Assembly: GCA_030697685.1 (NCBI GenBank)
Contig: JAUYPF010000048.1
Span: 1 to 58,702, forward strand
Source: a bacterium
GTDB lineage: Archaea; Nanobdellota; Nanobdellia; SCGC-AAA011-G17; GW2011-AR17
DNA length: 58,702 nt
Reading direction: 5' to 3'
In this document: piece by piece, positions 57,054 to 58,702 of the stretch
Layout of the letters: each line of letters starts with the position of its first letter
How positions within the stretch are numbered: position 1 is the first letter of the stretch
Notes under the pieces: model-generated
What the model was told of the DNA's origin: nothing
Database searches by the model: none
The model's input: only the letters and a program-made list of their open reading frames with translations
Program-made: the position numbers and the translations under genes

Positions 57054-58106
57054 TTAAGCCAAAAGGTTTGTATTTGTTTTACAAATGTCTGTTCCTTCTG
57101 ATACAAAATATAAAATATTATTCTCTTTTTGTGGAGAGCCTTCTATTTTCATGTGTGTTTTAGTAAATGTATCGTCAAAAGAGCTATCATATGCGCTTGT
57201 TTGGATATCTGCAATAGAAGGTGAAATTATCCATTGTTGCGTTGCGCTCGTTCCAACTACGTTAGGAGCATCTGCTATACTCATAGAATAGAGAATTATT
57301 TGTTCTGAGAAAGCTTCGCTTCCTTGAACTTCAATATTACTTTCTGTTTCGAAGGTGTCAATATATTTTGCATTTCCAATATCCCAAAGTTTTACCTCTT
57401 TCCCTGAAAACACCAAAGCATAACTTATTCCTAAGAAAGAAGGATCGGCCGTACAAATACAAGAATTAGATGTTGCACATGATTTGTACTTTTCTTTATA
57501 ATCTTCGAATGAGGCTACTATTTCTTTATAATTTTCATTTACACATTCTTCATTGCTACAAAATTTTATTTCATTCCCTTGTCTTTGCAGGAATAAGGTA
57601 AAGACTCCATTATTTGGACCTTCACGATAGAATCCAGTGGAACATTCTGTGTCTGTGAAAGAATATTCTTTTGTTGCTTTACTGGTGAAAGGATAACAAA
57701 TAGGCTTATCTAAACAAGCATTTTCATAGATTGTTTTGTAAGAACCATCGCATACACAAATGCAATCTTCTGATCCACAGGCATCAGGTATTTGTACCGT
57801 TCCTGCACATGACTGCCCCGTTACATAAGACTGGCCAGGGATTTCTGATACTCCTGTTATAAAATCCTGCCCTGAGAAAGAAACTAAAAGATAACCATCA
57901 GGTAAATAATAAGCCATAAAAGTTTTTTCTCCATCTTTAAGTTCTTCTATTTTTGCAGTTAAGGAATCAAAGCTGTCTTCTGTTTTTTGTGTTGTTGCGT
58001 ACCATTGAATGCCAACTGTGAGAATAATAGAGGTAAGCATAACACCTGCAATTGTACCAATTATCCAAGAAAAACTTTCGTTTCCATCACCTCTCTTATT
58101 TATCAT
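57054..58106 (-). CDS. Large Cys-rich class III signal peptide protein (minor pilin/adhesin-like)
   Basis: MINKRG|D followed by a hydrophobic helix; CICVC and CIC motifs. Confidence 0.75.
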   Translation of the reverse strand: MINKRGDGNESFSWIIGTIAGVMLTSIILTVGIQWYATTQKTEDSFDSLTAKIEELKDGEKTFMAYYLPDGYLLVSFSGQDFITGVSEIPGQSYVTGQSCAGTVQIPDACGSEDCICVCDGSYKTIYENACLDKPICYPFTSKATKEYSFTDTECSTGFYREGPNNGVFTLFLQRQGNEIKFCSNEECVNENYKEIVASFEDYKEKYKSCATSNSCICTADPSFLGISYALVFSGKEVKLWDIGNAKYIDTFETESNIEVQGSEAFSEQIILYSMSIADAPNVVGTSATQQWIISPSIADIQTSAYDSSFDDTFTKTHMKIEGSPQKENNILYFVSEGTDICKTNTNLLA

Positions 58107-58276
58107 GGCTTTAATCCTTTTGCTGCTTCTTCCAAGCCAAGACTAGATGAAATTCCTGTTATTTCCTTGACGAAATTTGTGATTTGACCTCTAAAGATAA
58201 GCGCAACTGCAATGAGTACGATTAAGATAAGAATAAGAACAATCACTGTTTCCATTGTTAATTCCCCTTTTTTCAT
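58103..58276 (-). CDS. Small pilin-like protein (57 aa), not in ORF track
   Basis: MKKG|ELTMETVIVLILILIVLIAVALIF...KGLKP*; stop overlaps next ATG. Confidence 0.75.
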   Translation of the reverse strand: MKKGELTMETVIVLILILIVLIAVALIFRGQITNFVKEITGISSSLGLEEAAKGLKP

Positions 58277-58314
58277 ATGAGAGAGAAAGAAGAAAGAATA
58301 TTTAAAGGTTTTTA

Positions 58315-58668
58315 CTAAACGTTAACACAGTCATCAGTTTCACCATCACTATCTGAATCAGTAAGCTTCTTCCCATGTTTTAAAATACTATCAGCATTTT
58401 CACAAGATTTTCCTTTCAAAGTTTCATCTTCAAACCGAGGATTTAACCAAGAAGCTTCATCTCCTGTTGTACAATAAAATTTACACTTTGAACTATACAA
58501 TGCAATTTTTTCTGCACTAATAGAACCGACATCTTCTGTTTGGCCAAATAAATTCGTTAAGCCACCTGTAAAGAATAATGCGATGACAATCAAAGCAATC
58601 AATGCTAAGACTGCTAATATAATAAAGTTTAAAGAAATATCCATCCCTTTTTTATTAAGTATCACCAT
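58315..58668 (-). CDS. Class III signal peptide (pilin-like) protein
   Basis: LNKKG|MDISLNFIILAVLALIALIVIALFFTG; Cys pairs. Confidence 0.8.
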   Translation of the reverse strand: MVILNKKGMDISLNFIILAVLALIALIVIALFFTGGLTNLFGQTEDVGSISAEKIALYSSKCKFYCTTGDEASWLNPRFEDETLKGKSCENADSILKHGKKLTDSDSDGETDDCVNV

Positions 58669-58702
58669 CTTTTATGAGTAAAGAGAGTTAGAGATATTTA
58701 AA

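Overview
AT-rich archaeal chromosomal window, most consistent with a DPANN (Woesearchaeales/Nanobdellota-like) genome: fused PriS-PriL primase, archaeal histone, topoisomerase VI, unlinked 5S rRNA, BHB-intron tRNAs, class III signal-peptide pilin cluster. Core content: top6B/top6A, lysA-lysC, metG, the rpl3-to-secY ribosomal superoperon, rpl34e/rpl14e/prefoldin, solo cas4, mre11-rad50, pth2, DRG GTPase, galE/ugd, mtnP, four tRNAs (Asn with two introns, Ile and Tyr with one each, Trp intronless), hicB-hicA and an apparently intact IS605-type tnpA-tnpB element. Most notable: (1) a gene inside the ribosomal gene cluster with a codon-level DGR variable-region signature and downstream GA-sheared hairpin, but no RT/TR in the window; (2) a tRNA-Tyr intron with C/D'/C'/D box architecture; (3) a free-standing LAGLIDADG gene between two intron-containing tRNAs, with an in-frame TGA; (4) Rad50 with matched 77/79-aa duplications on both coiled-coil arms; (5) structured RNA leaders before rpl3 and rpl14e. 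Family assignments come from motif recognition by eye; no database searches were run.
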